From the NCBI GenBank assembly GCA_946965045.2, contig OX337232.1, positions 248,001 through 312,000 of the forward strand: a stretch of 64,000 nucleotides of DNA. Reading direction: 5' to 3'. The stretch comes from Epithemia pelagica (taxonomy: Eukaryota; Protista; Bacillariophyta). A program made the position numbers and the translations under genes. Below, piece by piece: positions 35,238 to 47,989 of this stretch (the stretch's first letter is position 1; every line of letters starts with the position of its first letter). Below the pieces are notes generated by a model, which searched no databases, was not told where the DNA came from, and saw only the letters and a program-made list of their open reading frames with translations.

Positions 35238-35606
35238 CGACGACAAGAACAAGTCGTCCAACCGTCCAACACTGCCCAAACAACGACGGAATCCTCACGA
35301 CTGCAACCATTTCCTACACATCGTCGTCCCCTGCCCTTGCAAACTCGTTTCACGACGCCCCTATAGTCGTCGTTGTCACAATGATAGCAATGGATCACGA
35401 GCGATAGATTGGACGCTCTAGATGTATGTATGATACCACATTAGGGTGTAGAAACAAAGAGTATATTCATACCTTTGCAGTAGTCTAGAGAGACTGTCGA
35501 CACCAACACGGGGTCACTGGAAACGAAATTATTCCATGCACAGTCCACAACTGGAACGCCGTCCAAGTCCAACATGAACCACTCCTCTCGTGTCGAATGA
35601 CTGCTA

Positions 35607-36209
35607 CTACCCCGTCACGGTTTCCTCGTCGGGGAAAAAGGGAACAATGGCTTGCATCAGAATGACCACTTGGTTGCACCGAGAGTACCGCTACTTGTAG
35701 TGTTTCCACCCGGTTTTGTACCAACGAGTCCACTCGATCAAGGAGGATTTCATCTCGCGCTCCTCCTCCGTATGACGGGACAAACACGCAAATTTCCACA
35801 CGGCCAATTCCAAGAGCGAAATGCGCTCCAATTTGGTATAATGAGCCAGCAGTTGCTCCGCTTGAAAGAAAATCCCCAAATCTTCTTCCAGAATGGCTCT
35901 TCCAATCTGTTCGTAAATCTTGCCCCTCCAAGGACCAATGGGACTCAAGGATTCGTTAATCCCGGAATCCGTAGCATAATCGCGAATGGTGAGAATGGTT
36001 TCCACTCGCTTCCAGAATTTGTGGCTCCGGCTCCGGTGTTGCCACGTTTGGAAATGATTCTCGGATTGCTGGTACTCGGTGTGGCAGACATGGCAATATC
36101 GGTACTTGACGCCGTTGGTAGTACGAACGGCGGACGTATAGGTGCAACTGGCTTTGGTGTCAATGAACGACGCCAAGGATTCCTCGGAATCCTCCGTGTT
36201 GGTCGCCAT
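35607..36209 (-). pseudogene. Zinc finger + 'SLLELAVWK' family copy 2, premature TAG at 35693-35691
   Basis: CHVC-x9-H-x5-H finger and ERISLLELAVWKFAC. The frame resumes after the TAG with RYSRCNQVVILMQAIVPF to a natural stop at 35607. Confidence 0.8.
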
Positions 36210-36616
36210 TGTGTTACCGAAAAGGTTTGTGGGTTCCACAGCACCAACTTCTACGTACCAAACTCGCTGCTTTTGGATCTCTTCGATGCAGAATGGATCT
36301 CCCCTTTTCCTCTCTCGCAATCTCGCGCCAAAAATATGAGAGGAGATGATAGATCAGATCATGCCAATGCCACAAACTAGGTACATCTCTAAATTCTAAA
36401 TGTGCCCCTAGAGCTAGACTTGTGTCGCCGGTCGCCGAGCGATTTGATTCGCTGCCAAACCATGAGAACAGATGGTGATGAGAGTTGCTAGGTTGGCTAT
36501 GTGGAATGTGGAATACTCGTAGGAGTAGGAGTATTCTCGTATTCGTAACGTATGTGTGCTGGTCCTTGAAACAAGATGAAGAGGACTTGAGATACGCTTG
36601 ACCATGGCAACGAAGC

Positions 36617-36734
36617 AGGAACGACCATACCACGATGACAGCACCGCTTCCCGTCTGCTCAGCGAAGTTAAGCATCGTCGGGCCCGGTTAGTACTACGGT
36701 GGGGGACCACGTTGGAATCCCGGGTGTTGTTCAT
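36617..36734 (+). rRNA. 5S: 5S rRNA, copy A (3-nt insertion just before the T-run terminator)
   Basis: ACGACCATACC...GCACCGCTTCCCGTCTGCTCAGCGAAGTTAAGC...GGTTAGTACTACGGTGGGGGACCACG..GGAATCCCGGGTGTTGTTC followed by T5. Confidence 0.95.
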
Positions 36735-37367
36735 CTTTTTGGAACATGGTAGCCGCAACAGATATTTATTGTCGCTGTGTTATTAGTGACTCGGAGATCT
36801 ACGAATACTGCATTCCCGAAGCATCATGCCAAGGCTTGGTGAAGTCTATTTTAGTTGTGCCTCGAATGCTACGATCTCCTCCGAGAGCAGCGGTGAGATA
36901 TGGAGGCTGTGCGAGTGACTTTGGGACTATAGTGGTGGAAGGTGCAACAGCCTCTTCGGATCTAATATCTCTCGCCACTTTGTTCTCCTATATACACAGT
37001 CCTCCTCTATCTCTCTCGCCAAGAAAACCGTAGAAGAGGCGATATGTACCATATGCTGCCATGGAACAAGACTAACTAAAAGGAGAACAAAACTTTTTCG
37101 TACCAAACAAGGCTTTCTTACACACTGGTAGTTTAAAAGTGAGTATTCCATGTTCCATGACACGCACAAGGACCCAGTAAACGACAGTTAACAGAGCAAG
37201 CCGAATCATGTGGAGTCAATCTGTCGGTTTCTCGTATTCTCGAGAAAACCTGGGTCCACTGGTCTCGCTGCCCAATTTCGCTTACCCTCACAAATCGCAC
37301 TGTGCGCACACAAGCCGTGGTTGTGCCAAAGCGTCAAAGAGGCTCTACTAGAACGGGGTGATTAGGA

Positions 37368-40023
37368 ATGGCTAGCGAAAACAGCAATGACAACGACAAT
37401 GATTGGCTCGGAACAGTCCAAGAGCGCCTGGAGTCGGAATTTGGTAAGGGCTGCATGACAGAAGAGCAAAAAGGCGCCGCTAAAGTGTGCAAAGTATTGG
37501 CGCTTCAACAACATCAAGTTCAAGGAGTCACAAAGACGAGTGATGAAATCGTGGATGAAATCGTGGGACAGGTAAAGGCCATGTATAAAGATGAACTGAC
37601 TTCGAGCAAGAAACAAAAGGTCCAACAGAGAAAAACTCCATTCTTTGTGACGGCTCAAATTGCGGAGAATGGTAACAAGATCGAAACCAGCAGCAACAAC
37701 AATGATTATTGGCTCGGAAGAGTCAAAGAGCGCCTGGAGTCGGAGTTTGGTGAGGGCTGCATGGCAAAAGACCAAAAATTCTACGCGGTAATTTACAAGG
37801 AAGAGATACTTGGAGAAGCAAAGTGGACCGATGAAATCGTGGAGCAAGTCGTGGAACGTATAAAGACCAAGTATAAAGCTGCACTGACTTCGAGCAAGAA
37901 ACAAAAGGTTCAACAGAGAAAAAATCATTTCTTGGTGACGGCTCAAATTGCGGAGAATGCGAACAAGATCGAAATTGCCACGAATTTGGTGTTTGACAAT
38001 GAGCCCGATTCGAAACGTCTGTTGCGTCGAGTGCGCGAGGAGTGTCATGTCGTCGACTGCTGCTTTCGAGGCGGTCCCAATCCATATGGCAACGAGCACA
38101 CCTCTGCCATCTCTAGAAGGCCATTGGGAACGGAGCCACCCGCAGATATTGGACATTCCAGAGTTTTCCAAAAGATTCCAAGATGCATTTGTAAGGATCA
38201 AACCACCCAGCATCCACTTCGAGTTGTACGGGGAAACGTTTCTTGGTGGAATCCCTACGTTTTTCCATGATGAGATTGGAGGTGAGCTGAAATATCACTT
38301 GAAGAGGGTACCATCTATCAGTGAAGACATGGAAATCTGCGTTTTGTTTGCTGTCCCTGGCGCTGGCAAGTCAAGAACAGTTGCCGAGATTGCAAGTCAG
38401 ACTGTGGGCACCGAGTTTTACAAACGCATGAAAGTAAACGACGATGTCTTGGCGGGCAGGTTTCGGGCAATAGGCCAGCAACACGAGGAAGCTTTCAAGC
38501 AGGCTTCATACCGTAGAGTCATGGATTGGCTGGTCCCTGTAGCCCAGGACTACCTCAAGGAACAGTACCAAGGATCAAAATTGAAGGTACTGCATTTTGA
38601 TGAGGTGCAGAAACTGATGGGCAATTGCATGATTTCAGAGAGAAACTACGAGACCAAGAGGGGCGAGGCCGAATTTCGAGACTTGTTCATGCCTGCATTC
38701 TGTGAAGCTCTGGATCGTTTTTCCGCCGATCCCAACAATCCTCGCGTCGTCTTGTCGGGGACCAACTTTTTCTCGCCATTGCAATTCAATCCCGGTTCAA
38801 CCATGAAAGTCAAGCATTTGCACTTGCCTGGGCGATTTCCAAGTCGCTGGGTGATGGACGAGCTGATCCACAAGTATTTTGATTTCAGTGACGTCCTTGA
38901 GAATGACCAAGTTTTGAAGTCTGAATTCGAGCAAGTTATTCACTATTTGTCGGCCAATCGTCGGGTTGTGCAGTACTTTCTCGAAGAACTGCGAAGCATT
39001 GTGATAAAGTTGGATACGAAGCTCGACGCTGACACACTTTCGAAACACGTGAAGTATTGTAGCAAAAAAGCCGTCGGCCATTGGACTTGGAACTGCATGA
39101 ACTGTACCGGAGCAAGCTGTATGGTGTCCCTTGCTCTTTGTCTGTACCCTGAAGGGTTCCAAGGCCAAAGAGGGCAGATACCAAGCAAGTTTCCGCAAGA
39201 GTACATCAGTCAAGACTCGGAGATCGATGTTGTGTTGATCCCGCGCGGCACGCTTCCTTCGGAAGTGAAAGAATACGCCAATGCCGGGGGTTTGAATATC
39301 TGGAGAAGAGGCAAATACAAGGACGCTGTCGAGGTGCCGGTGGGTTGCCTCCGTCACCATCTTTTGCGCAAATGCAATGGTTTGAGTTCGGAAGAAAACA
39401 GCCAAGCCATCCAGGCTATAGCCCAATACACAGAAAAGTTTGACCCAGAAACAAAAGGACATTTCTTTAAACGTGGGTTTGCGTTCGAGCTGACGACGTT
39501 CGGGAGCCAAATCGGGAATCTTGTTTGTGAGACGTTGTCAAATGCCCAGCGAAAAATGATGATAGATGGGCGCATATTTGCAAATGATTGGGTTATTACC
39601 ACCTCGATCATCGATGAATGGAAGGAAGGCCGGATGCATTGCGTGTTCGAAGATTATATGCAGACGGGAGAGCGAATCGTTAATGTCGGTTTTCCTGTCG
39701 TCAATGTGTCATCAGTCCAACAGGATGTTTGGCGCGCGTACGGCCAGCTCAAGAACGGCTACGAACCGGGGGAGCTTTGGAAATTGTGTAACAAGTTCTT
39801 GGAGGACATTACGCCTTATTTGGTGGGCACGAATTCCTGCGCAATCTTTATTGGCAGCAGGGCTTTTCTGCAAGCCAAGTTGCAGCCAGGGGCTGAAGCC
39901 TCCGAAGCAAAGAAAGCGGTCACAGAAAGCAGCCTATATGGTGACTGTTTCTTTATTTTGGATGGAGATTCCTTGAAATCGAAGGAAAGCCGCAATTTTC
40001 TCACTCCCTTTGACCGAGATTAA
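37368..40023 (+). pseudogene. Repeat-headed P-loop NTPase + restriction-endonuclease-like (Crinkler/CR-type) gene with one frameshift near 38095
   Basis: Two ~100-aa N-terminal repeats; Walker A AVPGAGKS, Walker B LHFDEVQ, VVLSGTN; C-terminal GHFFKRGFAFEL / RIVNVGFP / YGQLK pattern. Protein-like sequence switches from frame 37368 to frame 37948. Confidence 0.65.
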
Positions 40024-40630
40024 GATATTCCTGTGATTTCAACACTTTCTCAACCTCTGCGGACCATTGGAACGTCCACGTTTCAGAATCCCAGTAGAGA
40101 CAGAGGATAGCCTCCTATGGTGAAAACGCACTTCCGTTTGTTTGTTCTCTGATCCTGTTGTTTTCGGTAGGTATTAATAAACGGAAGGATCTAAGGAAAG
40201 ACATAATATATTTGTTTAGGCCCTCTGGAGAACGCCAATCGCGAGGGGAGTTCTCGGTTCCACAGCACCAACTTCTACGTACCAAACTCGTTGTTTAGAA
40301 TCTCTTCGATGCAGAATGGATCTCCTCCTCTCTCGCAATCTCACGCCACAAAGATGAAATGATATATGTGATGATATGATGATCATGATGATAATAGAGA
40401 TCAGATCTGATGATAATGCGACAACCTTTTCTTGTGTCGGCGAGCGATTTGATTCGCTGCCGAATCATGAGAACAGATGGTGATGAGAGTTGCTAGGTTG
40501 GCTATATGAAATGTGGCATACTCGTATTCGTATATGGTGAATGGTGATTGGTGGTTGTGGTTGGCCTTTGCCCTACTCCTCTAGAGGAGATGAAGAAGAC
40601 TTGAGATACGCTTGACCATGGCAACGAAGC

Positions 40631-40748
40631 AGGAACGACCATACCACGATGACAGCACCGCTTCCCGTCTGCTCAGCGAAGTTAAGCATCGTCGGGCCCG
40701 GTTAGTACTACGGTGGGGGACCACGTTGGAATCCCGGGTGTTGTTCTT
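40631..40748 (+). rRNA. 5S: 5S rRNA, copy B
   Basis: 118 nt, helix I AGGAACGAC/GTTGTTCTT, T-run terminator. Confidence 0.96.
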
Positions 40749-41280
40749 TTTGGAACATGGTAGCCGCAACAGATATTTATTGTCGCTGTGTTATTAGTGA
40801 CTCGGAGATCTACGGATACTGCATTCCCGAAGCATCAAGCCAAGACTTGGTGAAGTCTATTTTAGTTTTGCCTCGAATGCTACGACTCCTACGAGAACGG
40901 CGGTGAGATATGGAGGCTGTGCGAGTGACTTTGGAACTATAGTGGTGGAAGGTACAACAGCCTCTTCGGATCTAATATCTCTCGCCACTTTTGTTCTCCT
41001 ATATACACAGTCATCCTCTATCTCTCTCGCCAAAAACACCGTAGAAGAGGCGATATGTACCATATGCTGCCATGGAACAAGACTAACTAGAAGGAGAACA
41101 CAACTTTTTCGTACCAAACAAGGCTTTCTTATTGGTAGTTTAAAAGTGAGTATTCCATGTTCCATGACACGCACAAGGACCCAGTAAACGACAGTTAACA
41201 GAGCAAGCCGAATCATGAGATTGTCGGTTTCTCGTATTCTCGAGAAAACCTGGGTCCACTGGTCTCGCTACCCAATTTCG

Positions 41281-41442
41281 TTGGAAATGATTCTCGGATT
41301 GCTGGTACTCGGTGTGGCAGACATGGCAATATCGGTACTTGACGCCGTTGGTAGTACGAACGGCGGACGTATAGGTGCAACTGGCTTTGGTGTCAATGAA
41401 CGACGCCAACGATTCCTCGGAATCCTCCTTGTTGGTCGCCAT
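41281..41442 (-). pseudogene. 5' fragment (zinc finger) of 'SLLELAVWK' family, copy 3, cut at a duplication junction
   Basis: Nearly identical to 36048-36209 (MATN.EDSEESLASFIDTK...CHVCHTEYQQSENHFQ); homology ends at 41281. Confidence 0.8.
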
Positions 41443-41842
41443 TGTGTATCCGAAAAGGTTCGTCGGTTCCACAGCACCAACTTCTACGTACCAAACTCGC
41501 TGCTTTTGGATCTCTTCGATGCAGAATGGATCTCCCCTTTTCCTCTCTCGCAATCTCGCGCCAAAAATATGAGAGGAGATGATAGATCAGATCATGCCAA
41601 TGCCACAAACTAGGTACATCTCTAAATTCTAAATGTGCCCCTAGAGCTAGACTTGTGTCGCCGAGCGATTTGATTCGCTGCCAAACCATGAGAACAGATG
41701 GTGATGAGAGTTGCTAGGTTGGCTATGTGAAATGTGGAATACTCGTAGGAGTAGGAGTATTCTCGTATTCGTAACGTATGTGTGCTGGTCCTTGAGACAA
41801 GATGAAGAAGACTTGAAATACGCTTGACCATTGCATCCCGGC

Positions 41843-41960
41843 GGGAGCGACCATACCACGATGACAGCACCGCTTCCCGTCTGCTCAGCGAAGTTAAGCA
41901 TCGTCGGGCCCGGTTAGTACTACGGTGGGGGACCACGTTGGAATCCCGGGTGTTGTTCTT
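41843..41960 (+). rRNA. 5S: 5S rRNA, copy C (5' variant GGGAGCGAC)
   Basis: Body identical to copies A/B; the two A>G changes in helix I still pair as G.U; T-run terminator. Confidence 0.95.
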
Positions 41961-42358
41961 TTTGGACAATGAGAAGAATACCACAGACGAGATTTATTGT
42001 CGCAATGTTAGATCTACGACCGACGCTACAGCATTCCATCAGCATCAAGGCATGAATTTTTCGTTTTGCCTTGAATGGTATGATCTCCTACGACAAGGGC
42101 GGTGATTTAAAGATTGTACAATCGACTATGGACTCGTGTTTGTGAGTCACTGGAACCATATCGTGGTGGAACTCTCGGGAGGGTGCGACAGTATCGTCGG
42201 ATCTAATCGCTCGTCATTTTTGCTGTCGTATATACACAGTCCTGCTCTATGCCTCTCGGCGAGAGAACCATCAGAGGAGGCGACGTGTACCGAATGTTGC
42301 CATGGAACCAGACTAAGAACTAGATCGTACCAAACAAAAGGCTTTCTACACTGATAGT

Positions 42359-44407
42359 TTAAAAGTGAATGGGCTGAGCATGGGTATCCATGCAGGCTTC
42401 CTTAAAGGCTTCCGACAGGGTAGGATGAGCATGACAGGTACGAGCCAAATCTTCAGAACTGGCCCCATATTCCATGGCAATCACAGCTTCGGCAATCATT
42501 TCTCCCGCATTGGGTCCCATGATATGCGCTCCCAAAATACGATCCGTTTCGCCATCCGCCAATATTTTGACAAAGCCATCGGTACTCAAATTGGCGCGCG
42601 CTCGAGAATTGGCCGAGAAGGGAAAACTTCCCTTCTTGTAGGAAATGCCGGTCTCCTTGAGTTCTTCCTCCGTTTGTCCCACGGACGCCACTTCGGGGTA
42701 GGTATAAATGACTCCGGGAATGGCATTGTAATTGACATGACCGGCAAAGCCGGCAATGGTTTCGACGGCGGCAATGCCTTCTTCTTCGGCCTTGTGTGCG
42801 AGCATGGGGCCATCAATGCAATCGCCAATGGCATAAATACTCGGAACGGCCTTGGTTCGGAAATGTTCATCCACTTCAATCCGACCCAATTTGTCCGTGG
42901 CAATGCCCAAGGCTTCCAACCCCAATCCGTCCGTGTAGGGACGACGACCCGTGGCGACCAAGACGGTATCAAATTCCATCTCCTTGGCATCGCCACCCTT
43001 GCTGGGTTCGGTCGTGAGTTTGACCTTGCCGTCGGCCATGACTTCGGACGCAGTGACTTTGGTTTTGAGTTTAAAGGCAAAGCCTTGTTTTTTGAGCGTG
43101 GTTTGAAATTTTTTGGTCATTTCCTGATCCATACTGGGCAAGAGTCGATCCATGAATTCAATCACGGTCACTTTGGTGCCCAATCGAGACCAGACCGATC
43201 CCATTTCCAATCCAATGACACCGCCGCCAATCACGGCCATGCTTTCCGGAATACTGGCAATGTCCAAGGCTCCGGTCGAATCGACAATTTTGCCCGTTGC
43301 ATTGTCGACCGGTACGGGTGGCAAGGGTGTCACTTCGGATCCCGTGGCAATCAAAATGTTTTTAGTTTCCAAGGTTTGCGCCGACCCGTCGGCATTCAAG
43401 GCCACTTGTACCGAATTGGGTCCAGCCAACGAGCCCTTGCCCATGACATAGTCGACGCCATACTTTTTAAAGAGATATTCAATTCCTCCCGTCAATCCCT
43501 CGACCGATTTGGCTTTGGTCTCTTGCATTTTGGTCACATTCATGGTCACCTTATCAATTTCAATGCCGTGTTCGGCAAAATGCGTCTTGGCATCGTGGTA
43601 ATGATGACTGCTCGTCAAGAGCGCCTTGCTGGGAATGCAACCGACATTTAAACAGGTGCCACCCAAACGACCCCGCATTTCCACACAGGCTGTCTTGAGA
43701 CCCAATTGACTCGCCTTAATGGCCGCCACATAACCACCCGGACCGCCGCCTACTCATTATAATCAATAGATGGGTGTCGTCATTGAGATTTATGCCAAAC
43801 ACAAACCACAAACCGGAAATGTATAGGTAGGTAGGTTCGATCCAAACAGCAAATTGACAACCACGCAGAGAAAAAGAACAGTAGCAGAAACGAGAGAACA
43901 ATCCCCAATCCACCGAATTCAAAAAAATAGAGCGGCGGCAAATACCAAACAGCGTAGTTGCGTCATTGTCCATTCATCCAACAAAAGCAAATCAACAACA
44001 ATAAGAAGGAGACCAATCAAGGCGCAAAGCCGATCCATGGCAGTGTCCAATACAACAGTTTCCAGCAGAGTTAAACCCATGGATGGTTCGGAGACCACAA
44101 TCATCCATCCAGCAAGTTCACCACAGAGAACAAGAAACAAACAAACAAACGGCAATCCGACAAGAAATCAGTAAAAGGATATGTGAGAAGGTGGTGACCC
44201 CAAACTACACGTATGTCGACGAATCCACAAGACGTTATCGTTTATCGTACCAACGACTACCACATCATAGGCATCTTGTGCCGCCGCCGATGTTGAAGAA
44301 AAGGCTGCCACGGCCGATCGTCCAAGGACGCTGGGACGAGTAGTAGCGGCCGTTACCTGCCGACGAGCCATGGACGAGAGGAGGGAGGAGGATGTATTGA
44401 ACCACAT
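42359..44407 (-). CDS. DLD: Dihydrolipoyl dehydrogenase (E3), mitochondrial; exons 44407-44251 and 43749-42359
   Basis: Presequence; YDVVVVG|GGPGGYVAAIKA across a 501-bp GT-AG intron; GGTCLNVGCIPSK disulfide motif; IGGGVIGLEMG; HAHPTLSEA. Confidence 0.97.
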
Positions 44408-45461
44408 ATTACTGTTGATGCTGCTGCGGATTGTTTGAACTATCTAGACTTTTGTGTTAATGGTTGTGGATTGCGATTGTTTTGAAGTCGAGAAACAGTC
44501 AAATCTGGGACAAGAAAAGGAGACGAGAAGCACACGATCCACTGCCGATTGCCGATTGCCGATGTGGGCGAAAAGATTTTTATCTCCATGGTTGCCTTCT
44601 CTCTTCTCTCTGCTTCGATCGATGACGTCATCTTCGGACAGACGGATCTGGTCGCGCTCCGAAAAATCTTGAGGTCGCCTTGGGGTCGCGCTATTAGGAT
44701 CCATATCCATTATCCATCGACCATGAAGATTCGAGATGGAGCGTGGGCTACTCCAACCTTGGTATACACCATGGACCATCGCCAACCATCATACTGGCAA
44801 AACATGAAGAATGGATAGAAGCGTCGTGAGTTATTCCTACTATAGTCTACGCGCACGACGCCTACGAGACTTGACAAACGGAACTTGCTACGGATATTAC
44901 TCCCTCCCAACTCCCGCCACCCGGCACAAAGTGGTTTCGACGAGCTGCTGATTGGAGGATCCATGACAGGAACGAAACTCTAGTAGCAATGGATGGGACA
45001 TGCGGAAAGGCAAGGTCTTGCAAGACGTCCTTGCCAGCAAGAACAGAGAGACTTGTGCGACCCCTATTCGTTCCATCGTGGAAAGGGCTTCCAGCAAGCA
45101 CTAAAGATTGTCCATCCAGTCCAATGTCCCATGCCTAAGGTGGGACTGAGGAGGAAGACGGAACAAGACACGGAGAAATCGGGTAAGAAAAACAAGTATC
45201 GAACAAGGAAGCGAAGAATGAATAGGATACCTTCTGTTTCCTCTGATCCACACAAAAGACTTGTGTGGCAAAATCCATCACTGAATTCGGAAGATGAACC
45301 GCTGGATTTCGTGTTTTCCGGTGAAGTTGCTTGACGTGTATCAAAAACTCAGAAAGAACAGCTGTTCATAGAACTCCACCGGACATCCAGAATTTGAGGT
45401 GAAACCTTGGCCTGTGTGTTCAGATGAACCTGCACCATAATTGTTGGTGTCGCTTGAAACA

Positions 45462-46121
45462 ATGGCGAGCCTTAGACCTGAAGATGATATAGCGTCGTTT
45501 ATGAAGACTAATGGACTTCGTAAGCAAATTTCCCCAGTTCGTACTAGCAGCGACGGCGTGAAGTACAAATATTGTCATCTATGCAAGACAAACTATAAGG
45601 AATCAGAAGATCATGAAAACTCGTATCATCACGAGCTCGGTAACCAGAGAGTAGTCACTCGCATGAAAACTATTCTTCAAGTTCGTGATGATGCTCGGTT
45701 CCTTCCTTCAAAGATTAAAACGAGCTTGTCTCCCAATGGCCCATGGAGAGGAAAGATCTACGAGCTGATTGGACGAGCCGTCATGGAAGAGAATCAATGG
45801 CTCATCGAAAAGGCTAAGGACCTGTTAGAGCGCTACAAGGACTTGGAACGTATCTCGTTATTGGAATTGGCTGTTTGGAAATTTGCTTGTTTGACCGCGG
45901 ATCCGAAAAACCACGGCGAGATAAAATCCATTGTCGATTGGAGTCGTTGGTATACAAACGGGTGGAAGGAACACAAAAAGCGTCTCTATCGGTGTAACCA
46001 AATTGTTATTCTGATGAAAGCAATTGTTCCATTTCTCCAAGACAAGGAAACCGATGAAGAATTGATTGACTCGGAGGATGAGGAATCGGAGAATGATGTA
46101 CAAGTACTCCATACTAGCTAG
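45462..46121 (+). CDS. Zinc finger + 'SLLELAVWK' family copy 4 (intact)
   Basis: CHLC-x9-H-x5-H; GPWRGKIYELIGRAVMEE; LERISLLELAVWKFAC; GWKEHKKRLYRCNQIVILMKAIVPFL; acidic tail. Confidence 0.8.
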   Translation: MASLRPEDDIASFMKTNGLRKQISPVRTSSDGVKYKYCHLCKTNYKESEDHENSYHHELGNQRVVTRMKTILQVRDDARFLPSKIKTSLSPNGPWRGKIYELIGRAVMEENQWLIEKAKDLLERYKDLERISLLELAVWKFACLTADPKNHGEIKSIVDWSRWYTNGWKEHKKRLYRCNQIVILMKAIVPFLQDKETDEELIDSEDEESENDVQVLHTS

Positions 46122-47989
46122 TGAATAACTGGAAAGTTTGTCTAACCGCCTTGCTGTGTACGACCTGTTTTGGCTTTGTTTTGATCTTTGCCATTGACAC
46201 TATATGCCACCCATTTTTGTGTTTGTCTGGCTTGGTTCCATCATGGCCATTATGGTATTGGCCTTGAGCACGATGACTTCATGGCTGTTCTGTGGGAGCG
46301 ACGACGAATCGTCCACTATGCTGAATGCTCACCGAGGTCCTTTGGATTCTGACGACCACTCGAACGTACTTGACCGGCCAATCGTACACAACCTTTACCA
46401 TCAACATTCCTCTCAACAATCGCATCCAATCCTGCATAGTATTGAGTTGACGCATGACCTGTCAAGATCGTTCGAATGAATCATTTTGTACAACGGTCGG
46501 ATGTGGCCAATGAAATTCGAACGAACCATACTCTTTGGCGGAGTCTCCCTCCTGCTCTTGTCGTTGATGACGCTCCCGATCCATGACGACGACGCGTCTT
46601 TTTTCTTTCAATCCCCCGTTCGGTCTTTGGTGAATGATTTGGAGACGTGGCGTAAGAGAGAAGGAACTAGAAACAACTCACTTGATACAGTATTCTTGAT
46701 GAGTGAGTGAGTTGATTCCTTTGTGAGCTCAAGGAAACGGACACACATCTCTCCGGTGCTCTCTTTCTGGCGTCTCTCTGGATTGTGGCCATGGTGTGAA
46801 ACTCGAGCAAAGGTACTGCGTAATAACACGACTATACGTAATCTGGTGCCACGCATGGTTCCATCCACGATGGATGGCTTGTCATCGTCGTCACCGAGAC
46901 TCTCTCGTGTCGTCACCTCTATCGGTATAGTCTAGAGATCCTGGGATCGCGACGCTGGTTGGGCGGTTCGTTGTCCGTAGGAAGATGAGAAGCAAAAGGG
47001 TCTCATTTGTGGGTGCACGACCGACGCGAGAGTCGCCATTGCTGGAAAAGTCTTGCATGGATGCAACAACGACGACGAGAGGAACGAGAGACCCGACGAC
47101 GACCATCTCACAAATGCCACACTGACTGAATTCCAAATACCCATTTCGACTCCCATCCCTTTGTACCGTGGTGACATTGGTTTGGAACATGGCATTTCGG
47201 CATGTATCCCAGGTGACTGGTGAACAAGATCTTGACCAGGGGATGATGGGAACTCCGCTGTTTGGGTATCGTCGGCCGCAAGTAATTTTCGGCATTACCT
47301 GCATGGCATTTCGGCGCGTCGTCAAGGTCGAATTGGCGAACATTCTGAATGACTTTTGGATTGTATGTATACAGTCATTGAATCCTCAATAGAGTGTCGT
47401 AGTGTTTTCGTATCCCTCTTGTGCAAATCACGTGCCATTGCCCGAGGATTCAAACAAACCCTTCATGTAAAGAAATTTTGGTGTCCCCACCAATTCAAGG
47501 CAACTGCGAATCTTCCACTTTCAAGCCAGTATGTATCAAGCTGTTGCGTTCAGGGAAACTTGCGTCGGTTTGCTGTTGTATGCTTTCTTGTCCATGTGCT
47601 CTTGTGGTAGAGCCCGTTTGGCTGGATGCATCACGAGTCTTGAGCGGTCTTCACACGTTTGACAGACGATGCAATGTTTGGAGACTGCACTTTTGTTCCG
47701 TTCCATATCCAGTGTCATGCAGATGCTTCCTTCCACTTGTATAATGCTTCTCGGTCAAAGTGTTCCCTGATTGGAGACTCTGTTGCGATCGACGAATTCT
47801 TTGTCCACCATGGACGAAGAATTGTTTCTGTTGGATGTCTCGACCCGCGCACGGCCGTTGAAGCTGTCCGTTGGCTTTTGGTCTTGATCAATGCAATTTG
47901 ACACCATCCGGAACCTCCGCGCAGTGAGAGAGATGAGAACCTGAACACTTCATCCCATTCATTCCCATTGACAAACGAACATCTCTCCT

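Noticed and set aside
43750-44250. Intronic snoRNA in the long DLD intron (ATGATGA C-box-like) or the 547-bp PP2C intron
   Set aside because: No matching CTGA D box with a terminal stem was found.
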